Origin: a virus
Taxonomy: Duplodnaviria; Caudoviricetes
Length of the DNA: 33,150 nucleotides
Reading direction: 5' to 3' (one strand)
IMG/VR virus record: IMGVR_UViG_3300030117_005467
Location: 1-33,150 of that record
Position numbers and translations under genes: made by a program. The notes below the pieces were generated by a model that was not told the origin of the DNA, did no database searches, and saw nothing but the letters and a program-made list of their open reading frames with translations. This document shows positions 7,895 through 18,100 of this stretch, piece by piece. Each line of letters begins with the position of its first letter. The first letter of the stretch is position 1.

Positions 7895-8267
7895 ACTCAC
7901 TGATAAACAGCAGATCTTTTGTAAGGAGTACATTGTTGATCTTAATGCTAAACAGGCTTGTATTCGAGCAGGATACAGCGAAAAAACAGCAGAACAACAG
8001 GCATCAAGGCTGTTAAGTAAAGTTAAGGTTAGGAATGAAGTGGATCGTTTAAAGGCAGAGCGAGAAAGCAGAGTGAAGCTAACTGCTGATAAAGTTTTAA
8101 AAGATATTGAGAGAGTTCGGAAGAAAGCAGAAGAAACTGATCAGTTCAATGTGAGTTTAAAAGCCAGTGAACTCCAGGGAAAACACTTGGCAATGTTTAC
8201 TGAAAGGCAACGCCTGGAAGGCGAAGTTCAGATGCCTGTTATCAAAGTAAATCTGGGTGATGTATGA
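7881..8267 (+). CDS. terS: Terminase small subunit
   Basis: LTDKQQIFCKEYIVDLNAKQACIRAGYSEKTA..QASRLL and KA.EL.GKHL.MF motifs. Confidence 0.96.
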   Translation: MATPELTDKQQIFCKEYIVDLNAKQACIRAGYSEKTAEQQASRLLSKVKVRNEVDRLKAERESRVKLTADKVLKDIERVRKKAEETDQFNVSLKASELQGKHLAMFTERQRLEGEVQMPVIKVNLGDV

Positions 8268-9574
8268 AGGAAGTTAATTTAAATCTTAACCAGGCTAAGT
8301 TTGTTAAATGCTCAGAGCAAGTAATTGCCTTTTTTGGTGGAATAGGTAATGGAAAGACATTTGCTGGGATTTTAAAGGGTATTTTGAGGGTCCTGGACCC
8401 AGAACAGAAGCCACAGCTTGGTATGATTGCCAGGCAGACCTATCCAGAACTTAGAGATTCAACACAGCGTACATTTTTTGAATTGGTCCATTTGTTTGGT
8501 CTATTACCAGGAGTGCATTACGATTACAAGAAGCAGGAGAACAGAGTAATTTTTAAGAATGGACATGAGATTATATTCAGATCCCTGGATGATCCTGCAA
8601 AGTTATTATCCATAAACTTAGGCTGGTTTTACATTGACCAGGCTGAAGAGGTGAGCGAGGAAGTGTTCCTTACCTTACTTGGTAGGCTTAGAGCTGTCGC
8701 AACTCCTCAATGCTGGATCACAGGCAACCCTTTGGGGCATAACTGGGTTTGGCACCGATTTATACATGACCCTGTCCCTGGAAACATCATATTTAATGCA
8801 AAAACAGAGGAAAACATCCACAATTTACCAGAAGGGTACATTGACTCCCTTAAAAAGAATTATAATGAAATATGGATCAATCGTTACCTGTATGGAAGTT
8901 GGGATGCCTTTGAAGGACAGATCTATCCTGACTTTGAACCCAGTATCCATGTTGTAAATGACATAAACCCAGATTACAATTGGAGAAGGTTTATTGCGAT
9001 TGATCATGGTAGGACCAATCCTACTGCAATTCTATGGGGAGCAGTGGACCAGGATGATAAGGTCTGGGTCTACCGAGAGCATTACGAAGCTGGTCAAGAT
9101 GCAGAGTACCATGCCAGAATGTGTAAGTCCTTTTTAAATGAAGGGGCTTATGAAACCTATGTGATTGATCCAAGCACAGGTGCTGGTAAGAAGGATGATC
9201 CTGAGACTATTGGCAACAGATACAGGCAATTAGGTGTACCTGTTATCAATGCCAACAATGACGTTCAGGGTGGAATTGATAAAGTTACTGAGTACATTAA
9301 GAAGAATAAGATTTTTATTACCAGGTCCTGTGAGAACCTGAGAAGAGAGATGGTTAATTACCAGTGGGAACAGCCAAGTGCATCCAGGGTAGACCTCAAT
9401 ACTCCAGAAAAACCATTAAAAAAAGACGATCATTCAGTTGATTCACTTAGGTATATGATCGGAGAAGTGGTTAATTCAAGTAAGAAGCCTGATACCAGGA
9501 ACGATACACAAAGATTTATTGATAAGATCGTAGTAGACACCGATCAGTCACAACCAACATGGGATAGTTTATAA
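8264..9574 (+). CDS. terL: Terminase large subunit (PBSX-like)
   Basis: Walker A GGIGNGKT, ARQTYPELRD, TGNP coupling motif, nuclease IDHG..NPTA and DDHSVDSLRY. Confidence 0.97.
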   Translation: MKEVNLNLNQAKFVKCSEQVIAFFGGIGNGKTFAGILKGILRVLDPEQKPQLGMIARQTYPELRDSTQRTFFELVHLFGLLPGVHYDYKKQENRVIFKNGHEIIFRSLDDPAKLLSINLGWFYIDQAEEVSEEVFLTLLGRLRAVATPQCWITGNPLGHNWVWHRFIHDPVPGNIIFNAKTEENIHNLPEGYIDSLKKNYNEIWINRYLYGSWDAFEGQIYPDFEPSIHVVNDINPDYNWRRFIAIDHGRTNPTAILWGAVDQDDKVWVYREHYEAGQDAEYHARMCKSFLNEGAYETYVIDPSTGAGKKDDPETIGNRYRQLGVPVINANNDVQGGIDKVTEYIKKNKIFITRSCENLRREMVNYQWEQPSASRVDLNTPEKPLKKDDHSVDSLRYMIGEVVNSSKKPDTRNDTQRFIDKIVVDTDQSQPTWDSL

Positions 9575-11472
9575 TGGCAGGAATGGATTATTACCCTTCA
9601 GCAGATCAGGATTCAGCATTGGATCAGATTGCTGATGTAGCTGAAAGAATACCACAAATTAGAAACTGGCTTGATAAGAGTAAGAAAGCCAGAGAGAACC
9701 AGGCAGATAGGTGGCGTAAGAATGAACGATTGTATTATGGTAGGCACTGGGCTAACCCAAGTAAGGGAACTGAGAACCAGTCCAGGATGATCTTTAATTT
9801 TCCCCTGGCTGTAGTAGAAACAATCCTACCGATTATTAATGACTTTCAGCCTACTGTGGATGTAATGCCCAGAGAGAAGAATGATATATTCTTTGCTGAC
9901 ATGATGCAAAAGAGATTTCAGCAGATTGTTGAAGAAACAGATTTATATGGTAAAATTATTCAAGCTGTAAAGGATTCATTGATTTATTCTAATGGATTTT
10001 TACAGATACTTCCCCAGGTAACTGACGAAGGTGTATTTAAAGGATTTGACATTCAGGTGATTGACCCCTTTACAGTAGTCCCTCATCCCTATGCTACCGA
10101 CCTGGACCTGAAGGCTGGTGAATACTTCATGTTTGCTGTTCCGATGGAGACCTCACGAATCTTTCGAGAGTTTGGCATTAAAGCACCAGCCGATGGGAAA
10201 TTGGATGATTATAAAGCATATCAGAAGGTTAATGACAATGGTGGTATTGATTCTGCCAATGTTGAATCTGAATACGATATGGCACTTGTTATTGAGTGCT
10301 ACAGTAATGAACCTGACAAAGAGAAATATCCTAATGGTAGGCATACAATAGTTGTTGGGGACCAATTAGTAGTAGATGAGCCACTAGAACTGTACAGAAT
10401 GCCAGTGTTTATGGTATCAAATTACAAAAGTCCTCATAACTTCTGGGGTATTGGTGAAACAGACCTGGTACGAACCCAAACCAAAGCCTTAAACGAAACC
10501 TTTTCATCAATAAATGAAAACATCAGGAGAATGGGTTTTCCAATCAGGAAGGTAACCCAAAGAGCCAAAGGTCAATTAACACGACCAATTACAGGAGCCC
10601 CAGGAGAGGAAATTACTGTGGTAGATCCGACAGATGTAACCTTTGAATCTCCACCACCTATTCCAGGATATATACAGAACTACATTGGTCAGACTAGCCA
10701 GTTTATGGAAGCAATTACAGGTGTTAATGATGTTACCCAGGGGCGTAAACCAGGAGGAGTTACATCAGGTAGAGCAATAGTTGCACTCCAGGAAGCAAGT
10801 CAAACCAGGCAAAGATTTAAGATTAACAAGGAAGTAGCCAGGCTTACCAAAGAAATTGGTGAATATATGGTCCAGATGATTCTCACTTTTGATGAAGAAA
10901 TTAGATCAATCAGGGAGCGAGATGCAGAAGGTCAGTTTCAATTTACTGAGTTTAATCCAATGGCTGTTTATGATGCAGATGGCAACCAGGAAGGCACTCC
11001 TGAGTTTAACCCTGGTACTGCAAAACGATTAATGGACAGTGAGTTTGATGTAGATGTAACCACTGGATCCAGGTACGCCCAGGGTAGAGTAGCCAATGAA
11101 GAAAGAGCATTAGAATTGTTTCAAATGGGAGTTTATGGAATTGAAGAAGTCGTAAACGCTTTGAATATTTCGGATAAACAAGAGGTAATACAAAACTGGT
11201 ATGTTCGCAACCAGCAAGTACCACCACAACAGCAGATACAGCAAGTAGAGGAGATGCAGGAAAACTTTGGAATGGCTGTTGCCCAGGTAATGCAGGAAGG
11301 TCCAGGAGGACCATCAGAAGAAGCATTGGCACAAATGGTTATACAGAACCCTGAACTCGCAGAAACACCAGATTTTCAATCGCTACCAGGAGATATCCAG
11401 GAGCGAATAATCACAGTAGCAGGATTGGTTGGTGGGCAGGAAGATCCGATGATGGATCAACCCAGGGCTTAA
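9574..11472 (+). CDS. Portal protein (P22-like podovirus type)
   Basis: Follows terL, 632 aa. FWGIG, ITGVNDVTQG, SGRAI.ALQE and FDVDV.TG motifs, Q-rich C-terminus. Confidence 0.92.
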   Translation: MAGMDYYPSADQDSALDQIADVAERIPQIRNWLDKSKKARENQADRWRKNERLYYGRHWANPSKGTENQSRMIFNFPLAVVETILPIINDFQPTVDVMPREKNDIFFADMMQKRFQQIVEETDLYGKIIQAVKDSLIYSNGFLQILPQVTDEGVFKGFDIQVIDPFTVVPHPYATDLDLKAGEYFMFAVPMETSRIFREFGIKAPADGKLDDYKAYQKVNDNGGIDSANVESEYDMALVIECYSNEPDKEKYPNGRHTIVVGDQLVVDEPLELYRMPVFMVSNYKSPHNFWGIGETDLVRTQTKALNETFSSINENIRRMGFPIRKVTQRAKGQLTRPITGAPGEEITVVDPTDVTFESPPPIPGYIQNYIGQTSQFMEAITGVNDVTQGRKPGGVTSGRAIVALQEASQTRQRFKINKEVARLTKEIGEYMVQMILTFDEEIRSIRERDAEGQFQFTEFNPMAVYDADGNQEGTPEFNPGTAKRLMDSEFDVDVTTGSRYAQGRVANEERALELFQMGVYGIEEVVNALNISDKQEVIQNWYVRNQQVPPQQQIQQVEEMQENFGMAVAQVMQEGPGGPSEEALAQMVIQNPELAETPDFQSLPGDIQERIITVAGLVGGQEDPMMDQPRA

Positions 11473-11520
11473 GGGATTCAGTAATGATTTCTGCCCACAG
11501 CTAACCGAAAGGAAAATAAA

Positions 11521-11622
11521 ATGCCAGAGTTAATGATTAAAGGTAAAAAGAAAAAGTTTAATTACAACAAAGCTGGAATGAAAGCGTACAGCAAAGCACT
11601 TGCAAAATCAAAAAAATATTAA
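11521..11622 (+). CDS. Very small basic protein (33 aa)
   Basis: MPELMIKGKKKKFNYNKAGMKAYSKALAKSKKY*. GAAAGGA RBS and TAATG coupling. Confidence 0.75.
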   Translation: MPELMIKGKKKKFNYNKAGMKAYSKALAKSKKY

Positions 11623-12104
11623 TGTTTGAGGTGTTTGAAGGCATAGTTACCCCTGCCGAAGCAAAAGAACTAAAGGATATGGGGCAATTAAACCACTCGA
11701 TTTCTGACTTTTCAGGTCAAATTGTCAATAAAATGGCAAAAGCCTACCAATCACTGGTAGATCAGCATGAGTTATTGCTGGAATCTCCCAGTTATTGGAG
11801 AGTTGAGAGCCTTCCAAGAGGACATGGATGGCATTTTGATGGATGCAAGTTAGTTGATGGAGCCTTTGTTGATAACCACATGGCATGGTGTAATTATGGG
11901 ACCACAGCATTGTTATCAAAGCCAGGAACATTTAAAAATGGTCGCTTATTTTTTGAAATAAATGGAGAACCATTTGAAGTTGAGGACCATTATTTAAATG
12001 GCGTTATCTACCCAGCAGGAAAATTTAATAATCCACTTAAGCATATGGTAGAAAAGCACGATGGTAAACGCTATTCACTACTAATGTTTTTTGCAATCAG
12101 GTAA
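11622..12104 (+). CDS. 2OG-Fe(II) oxygenase (prolyl-hydroxylase-like)
   Basis: HxD (GWHFDG), F.NG.L.F, distal His (KHMV) and 2OG-binding Arg (GKRYSLLMFF). Confidence 0.88.
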   Translation: MFEVFEGIVTPAEAKELKDMGQLNHSISDFSGQIVNKMAKAYQSLVDQHELLLESPSYWRVESLPRGHGWHFDGCKLVDGAFVDNHMAWCNYGTTALLSKPGTFKNGRLFFEINGEPFEVEDHYLNGVIYPAGKFNNPLKHMVEKHDGKRYSLLMFFAIR

Positions 12105-12232
12105 TGGAATTTTTAATAAAGTATTTAAAAATGAAAATGTTAAAAAAGTTCACTGGAAAAATTGAAATCAATTTTTTTGAAGGTGGAATCGGAAATATTA
12201 ATGAACATAAAAGCATAAAGCTGAAAAAATGA
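12104..12232 (+). CDS. Small DUF2292-like protein (42 aa)
   Basis: MEFLIKYLKMKMLKKFTGKIEINFFEGGIGNINEHKSIKLKK*. F.G.I.I.F..G.I pattern and TAATG coupling. Confidence 0.65.
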   Translation: MEFLIKYLKMKMLKKFTGKIEINFFEGGIGNINEHKSIKLKK

Positions 12233-12275
12233 AATAAATAATTATCCAATAATTTAGGGACAATCTTTAACCAAG

Positions 12276-12326
12276 AAGCCCAGTGACTTATCAGGTATCC
12301 CCTGGTGATCATTGGGCTTTTTTTTT
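12276..12326 (+). terminator. Intrinsic terminator-like hairpin
   Basis: AAGCCCAGTGA-c-TTATCAGG pairs with CCTGGTGA-TCATTGGGCTT (with G-U pairs), running into a 9-T tract. Confidence 0.75.
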
Positions 12327-12370
12327 ACAACCAAACCAGTGTCGAAAGACCAACTGAAAGGAACACAATC

Positions 12371-13279
12371 ATGGCAGAAATGAATGTAACAGGAACAACA
12401 AATTTAAACATAACACCAGAATCGGAAGAGATTCAGGTTGGTAACTACTCTTCAGATCAAAACGTAGATGTAGATACATCAGTCAATGGTGATTATGACA
12501 ATATTCCGATTCCTGGAGAACTCTTTGGCGAAGAGCCAGTGGAGCAATCAACCCAGGAGTCAAATACAGAACAGGCTGAGACTACAGAGTCTGAACAAAC
12601 AGCCGAAACAACCGAGACAGAGGAAAGCCAGGAAGAATCAACCCCTTCTTATGTTTACGAAACCGAAGATGGTAAATATACACTAGAAGATGTTGAGTCC
12701 TGGAAAAAGGATGCTGATAACCGACACGACTGGAACAAATCCAATACGGAGAAAGCCCAGGAGATCGCTGATCAGCGTAGAGCAATCGAACCTTTTGTTC
12801 AACTGGCTCAAAAAATAAAAGAATCGGAAGATTTTTCTGAAACGCTCATGGAAGCGATTGAGGATGAATTAGGAGAAGATGCAGGGCAACTGTTTAAACA
12901 GTCCCTACAGGCAGATAATAAGGACCTTCCGAATCCCTGGGAAGCTGAATTAAAAGAAGCCCAGGACAAAGTGGCACAGATGGAAGCACAAAATGTATTG
13001 GACCAGTCACTGGCAGAACTCCAAAAACAATATTCGCTTAAAGATGATGAGGTCCAGAGTGTTCTGGATTTTGCCATAGAGAAGCATGAAAAAGATGGGA
13101 GACTGCTAACCCTGGAAGAAGCATACAAGGTAATGAACTTCGACAAACCTGAAGTTTCAGCCAAGCCAAAACCATCTGTCCCAGTAAACGTACAGAAGAG
13201 CGTTGGTGTCAAAAGTGATAAACAAACCAAAATAACAAATTACGATGACATTGATGTTGCTTCATTTTTTAAACAATAA
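12371..13279 (+). CDS. Capsid scaffolding protein
   Basis: Acidic low-complexity N-terminus, coiled-coil core, immediately upstream of the capsid gene. ATG 12371 follows GAAAGGAA. Confidence 0.82.
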   Translation: MAEMNVTGTTNLNITPESEEIQVGNYSSDQNVDVDTSVNGDYDNIPIPGELFGEEPVEQSTQESNTEQAETTESEQTAETTETEESQEESTPSYVYETEDGKYTLEDVESWKKDADNRHDWNKSNTEKAQEIADQRRAIEPFVQLAQKIKESEDFSETLMEAIEDELGEDAGQLFKQSLQADNKDLPNPWEAELKEAQDKVAQMEAQNVLDQSLAELQKQYSLKDDEVQSVLDFAIEKHEKDGRLLTLEEAYKVMNFDKPEVSAKPKPSVPVNVQKSVGVKSDKQTKITNYDDIDVASFFKQ

Positions 13280-13299
13280 TCGAATAAAGGAGACATAAT

Positions 13300-14418
13300 A
13301 TGTCTAACATAGTCGTAAGTGGAACTGGTTCTGCTTCATTAAGTGCCCTTATTCAGCAGTATTATATGCCTGTTTTGTATGATAACATCTTTAAGAAGTC
13401 TCATCCATTACTTGCAATACTGAAGGGTAAGGCAAAAACATTCAATGGTCGTGAGATCGTTGTTCCTGTAGAATATGCAGAAGGTGGTGCAAGTGTCTGG
13501 GGTGACCAGCATACATTGGGTACATCTTCTGGTCAGTCTTATACACCAGCAATAGCTGAGATCGCAAAGACTGCATCATACAACCCAACTATGCTTACAG
13601 GGCATTTTCTTTTAACAAAGGAAGAAACTTTGCTTATGAACAGCCCCCAAGCAATTAAAAATATTGTTGGTGCGAAAGTAAAGAACCTTCAAAAGCAATT
13701 GGAAAAAGTTGTTGCTGAAAATATGTTTGCAAGAACATTAGCTACAGATGCTTTTAATCCTGTTGCTGTTCTTTGTGATGATGCAACGACAGTAGGTGGT
13801 CTTGCTCCTGGTTCTAATGCCTGGTGGAAAACTCCAGTATTAACAGATGCTTCTTTCAGTGATGCTTCTGGTAATGATACTGCTGACTCTCCAGATGGTG
13901 GTGTTACTTTTATATCAGAATCTGATATGCAAGACCCTTCAAAGGATACTTACATTTTAAGAATCCTTGCTCGTGGTATTGCTAATGCAAAAGCACAGAC
14001 AGGTGAAAGCCCAGACCTTATTGTTTGTTCTCAGTACCATTATGACCTTATCGAGTCAGAACTCGGTGAGTTTAAGCGTGGAAGTCTTGAGTCAGATCGT
14101 ATGGCAAAAATGGGCTTCATGGGAATGTCTTACAGAGGTGTAGATATTGTAGCAGATCAGGACATTGTTACTGCACAGGCAGACAATAGCCCTGATACGA
14201 TTGCTGATAACAATGATGGCAGAATGTATTTCTTAAACACAAACTATCTCTATATGTTCTTTAATTCTGGTGCAAAATTCACTGCATCTGACATGATTGA
14301 AGATACAAAGAGTAATACATTTGTGCAGAAGGTCCATACCTATGGCAATTTGGTTGTTACCAACCGAAAAGCACATTGTGTTGTTGAAGATTTGTATTCA
14401 CCATTGGATTACGCTTAA
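13300..14418 (+). CDS. Major capsid protein
   Basis: 372 aa after the scaffold. DNIFK..PLL..L, G.EI..PVEY, PDLIV, GF....YRGV.IV.D and GNLVVTNR motifs. Strong AAGGAG RBS. Confidence 0.92.
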   Translation: MSNIVVSGTGSASLSALIQQYYMPVLYDNIFKKSHPLLAILKGKAKTFNGREIVVPVEYAEGGASVWGDQHTLGTSSGQSYTPAIAEIAKTASYNPTMLTGHFLLTKEETLLMNSPQAIKNIVGAKVKNLQKQLEKVVAENMFARTLATDAFNPVAVLCDDATTVGGLAPGSNAWWKTPVLTDASFSDASGNDTADSPDGGVTFISESDMQDPSKDTYILRILARGIANAKAQTGESPDLIVCSQYHYDLIESELGEFKRGSLESDRMAKMGFMGMSYRGVDIVADQDIVTAQADNSPDTIADNNDGRMYFLNTNYLYMFFNSGAKFTASDMIEDTKSNTFVQKVHTYGNLVVTNRKAHCVVEDLYSPLDYA

Positions 14419-14433
14419 GTATCCTTATAACCT

Positions 14434-14464
14434 TACAGCCCCTGGGGTTTATCTGGGGGCTGTA
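14434..14464 (+). terminator. Hairpin after the capsid gene
   Basis: TACAGCCCC pairs with GGGGCTGTA and extends with wobble pairs. No U tract, so it may be a stabiliser or a weak terminator. Confidence 0.55.
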
Positions 14465-14479
14465 TAGCCTGGAGAAAAT

Positions 14480-15199
14480 ATGACAACATCAGACATGAAC
14501 ACTATCCTGGGAGATCGCATGGAAGATTCAGCAGGAGATCTTTTTTCTACTACTGTGAAAGAAAGATATTTAAATCGTGCCCAGGACAAACTAATCCAGG
14601 CATTAAACCCTCATTTACTTACCGATCTTCATGTTTTGGTTACTGGGATATCTATGCGAACCGATAACGATGTAGATTCACATTTTAAAAGTTATTTTAT
14701 CCCAACCCAGGCACAAGACTTGGCTTCGGATCCATTTGGTGGACCATTGGGAATCCTGGGTGTACGAATAGCCAGTAGCAATTTTATTCGCAAAATATCC
14801 TTTGATATGGCAAAAGATTTTTCAACAGGGCTGGTATCCTTTAGTGGAACCGAGCCTGTATATTTTATTTTTAAAGGCAGGATCTATATTTATAACAATA
14901 CAGCCAATGTAGACTGTTATTACATCAAAACACCAGCCACATTAGCATCTTCTCCTGAACAAAATTGTGAATTAAATGCAATATTTCACGATGCGATCCT
15001 GGAGTTTGCAGAAGCTGAGTTATGGCGAACAGCTAACCAGCCAGATCGTATGAATAATGCTTTAACCAGGGCGTATGAGTATGTTGGAAGGTATAACCAG
15101 AATCCAGCAACCAGTGTTGTAGGTGAGGGTATCCCATTTGACTATACTTCGACTAATTCTTTAATTGACCCAATTTATCCCAATTATCCTGTCGGCTAA
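14480..15199 (+). CDS. Head-tail adaptor / tail tubular protein A-like
   Basis: Follows the capsid gene. YLNRAQ, YIKTP..L and FHDAILEFA motifs typical of podovirus adaptors. Confidence 0.75.
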   Translation: MTTSDMNTILGDRMEDSAGDLFSTTVKERYLNRAQDKLIQALNPHLLTDLHVLVTGISMRTDNDVDSHFKSYFIPTQAQDLASDPFGGPLGILGVRIASSNFIRKISFDMAKDFSTGLVSFSGTEPVYFIFKGRIYIYNNTANVDCYYIKTPATLASSPEQNCELNAIFHDAILEFAEAELWRTANQPDRMNNALTRAYEYVGRYNQNPATSVVGEGIPFDYTSTNSLIDPIYPNYPVG

Positions 15200-18100
15200 T
15201 GGCGAAATACATTGATATAAAAGATTTTGATGGAACATTGACCAATGCTGATATTGAGGACCTTCCAGAAAATGTTGCCCAGGAGATTAAGAACCTTAAG
15301 ATCCAAGCTGGTAAATTAGAGAAAACTTTTGGTGCAGGAACACCTTCTGGAGTCCCAGCAATAGGGTTATCCTTCGTTGATACAAATACAGGGACCACTA
15401 ACACTGTCTACAATATTTTTACCTTTATTTCGGACAAATTAGATGGTGCTACAGTTAATGATGCTGGTGATCAGTACAGGTATTTACTTGTTACAATTGA
15501 CAACAACAGGAATACAAAATTATGGTGGTATGATTTTGGAGCCCCTGATGTTACAGATCATTTACAGATTGAAAACAATATTGTCTGGTTTAAGACTGCA
15601 TCGGCACATGGATTTGTAGAAGATGACTATGTACTGGTCCAGGATTGCAAACACAATACAGATCCATTAACTGATATTACAAGTGCTGGAGTGTATGAAC
15701 AGGTAGATCATGTTCCAACCGATACAACATTAGGCGTAAACACTGACAGTGCTACTTCCTGGGGTGGCAGTTTCTTTGACATTTCAGTTGCATCTGGATT
15801 TACAGCGATGCCCTTTGGTGGTAAAGTAGCTACTCATAAAATTGTTGATGATACAGTTGCTTATGGTGGAACAGACTGGGGAGAGGTAGAAGATATTGCT
15901 ATTGTTTCAATGTTAAGCACTGGTACAGTGCTTTGTATGGCAAAAAAAACCAATGAACTGGTTTATATGACAGGAACTGGATCTTTTGTTGATTTAGCCA
16001 CTTCTTTATATACAACATACAAAGCAAAAACAAATTTTGCAGTATGTGGTATGTTGTCTTTCCATGCCAAAAATGCCATTTATGTTCACTACTCATACCA
16101 GGATGGATCTCCAGCTTCAAATTATAATAAAATTGTTAAGTATGCCTGTGATTCCAGTGGCAATATAACTGAAAGTGCTGTCGGAGATTTAGGGACAACT
16201 GCTGTTGTAAGTGAATCTTTTTTCCAGGAAACAACATCATCTGGTAGTAAAAATTTATTTATTCTTGCAAAAGGATTAGGTCTTTATGGAATAAATACAA
16301 GTGACTCTATTGCAAGCCACAGTCTTACAATTACTGGTACGCTTACGACCATTAATACATCACTTGCAAAAGGAATGACCTCAATTATTCAAACCAATAA
16401 ATTAACCAGTGCTGGTGGATCCAGCGTTTCGGATGTTGCACATGAGTATTTGGTTATTTTGACAGATGAAGCACCTAGTTTAAAATTTTATTCCAGGGAT
16501 ATTACATCTGGTTCTGTTACAACATATGGGTTATTAACTGATTTAACTACTACTGGTACTCCAATAATGCTTTCAAAAATGGATTTTGGTGAAAACTCCA
16601 ACAGAAGCGAATCCCTGGTAGTGTATTATACTGCTTCTAGTGTTAATTATTTAAAATATTCCTTACATAATGATACTACTATTGCAAGAACACTTGATAA
16701 TATAGCTACATCTGGGGATCTTCAAAGTGATGCAAATTTAAGTGTAACATTTATAAAACCAACCAACGACCTTCCAACAGGAGCCACAAAATATTTAATG
16801 GTTGGAACAGACAACCCTTCTGCTTCGCAATCTGGAAAACTATTGGGCGTTACCACAGCAAAACAAGTAAAAGAATTTGCCAATCCAGGCACTACACCAG
16901 GAAAAACCAACTGGAACCCAAGCTGTTTTGATGGCTGTAGCACTGGGGTAGGGTTTTTTACCCATGCTAAAGCATATATTGGTGTATATGGAACCGAAGC
17001 CCAAGATGGAAGTTCAGCAGACCATGCTGATGTGTACAGATTTACAGATATTGGATGGCTTCAAAATACATGGTCAGGAACTGGGGACTGTGAGTACAGG
17101 TGGTTTGATTTAACAGATAAATACGATATTCCTGCGACATACAACAATACAGAAAGAAATCCCATTATTCCATTTGGAGATACAGTTAGAGTTCTAGCTG
17201 GTAATATTGCTGAGTATTCCAGTAATGAAGCTAAAGGCATCTGGCTGGGCTATATTGACCGAAAGTATATGAATGATGGTGTTACCATTACTCCAGGATT
17301 TTATGGCTATTCTAATGTCCTTACTAACCCATTTAGTATCTCAGATGATATTGATTTTTCAGAAACAAAAGACGAACTCAGAGACTCAGATGAAAGCAAG
17401 TATGTTTTAACAGCTTTATATGATGGTGTCCAGGAAACTTTAATTGATGACAGCTCTGCTGTTATTATTAATGATGTTGTCGGTATTTCTGGTGCGACTG
17501 TATTTGATGTATCAAAATCAAAAGTAGTTTTACCAGTTAATATTGATTTTTCTACCTTAAATAAGCGTGTTACTGGTTTAAATCTATACAGGTCCAACCG
17601 ATATAATGGAGTCTGGGAGACTTATAAAAAAATTCAAGAAGTAAACTTTATTAAAACTCAAAATGCTGGTGAAACTTCTGACAAATATTTTTTCCTTCAG
17701 GCAACTACTGACAATGTTGCTTATGTAAAAGATGATGGTGGTTATATTGCCAGTATTGACGATTCAAATGAAACAACCTACGCCTTAAAAGTAGGTAGCA
17801 ATTGGAAAAGAAGAATTGTGTCAATTTCTTCCATTACTCAAAGAAATGTAACTGGAGCAGAATTAAATGCTGATATAACTTCATCATCAACTACTGGAGT
17901 GTCAGTAACAAATGCTTCTAGTTTATCTGCAACAGATTATTTTTTGGGTGCAGAAAAGGTTGCTGTAAGTAGCATTGACACCAGTGCGAATACAGTAACT
18001 TTAACAAGGGCACAGGGTAGCCCTGCAACAACAGCAGTAGCCCATGTCAGGTACACAGAATTTCGATCAACTTCAGCAACAGCTACAGGTTGGTTTATTA

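Noticed and set aside
12305-12370. Longer N-terminus for the scaffold ORF
   Set aside because: The GTG lies inside the terminator stem, whereas ATG 12371 has a proper RBS.
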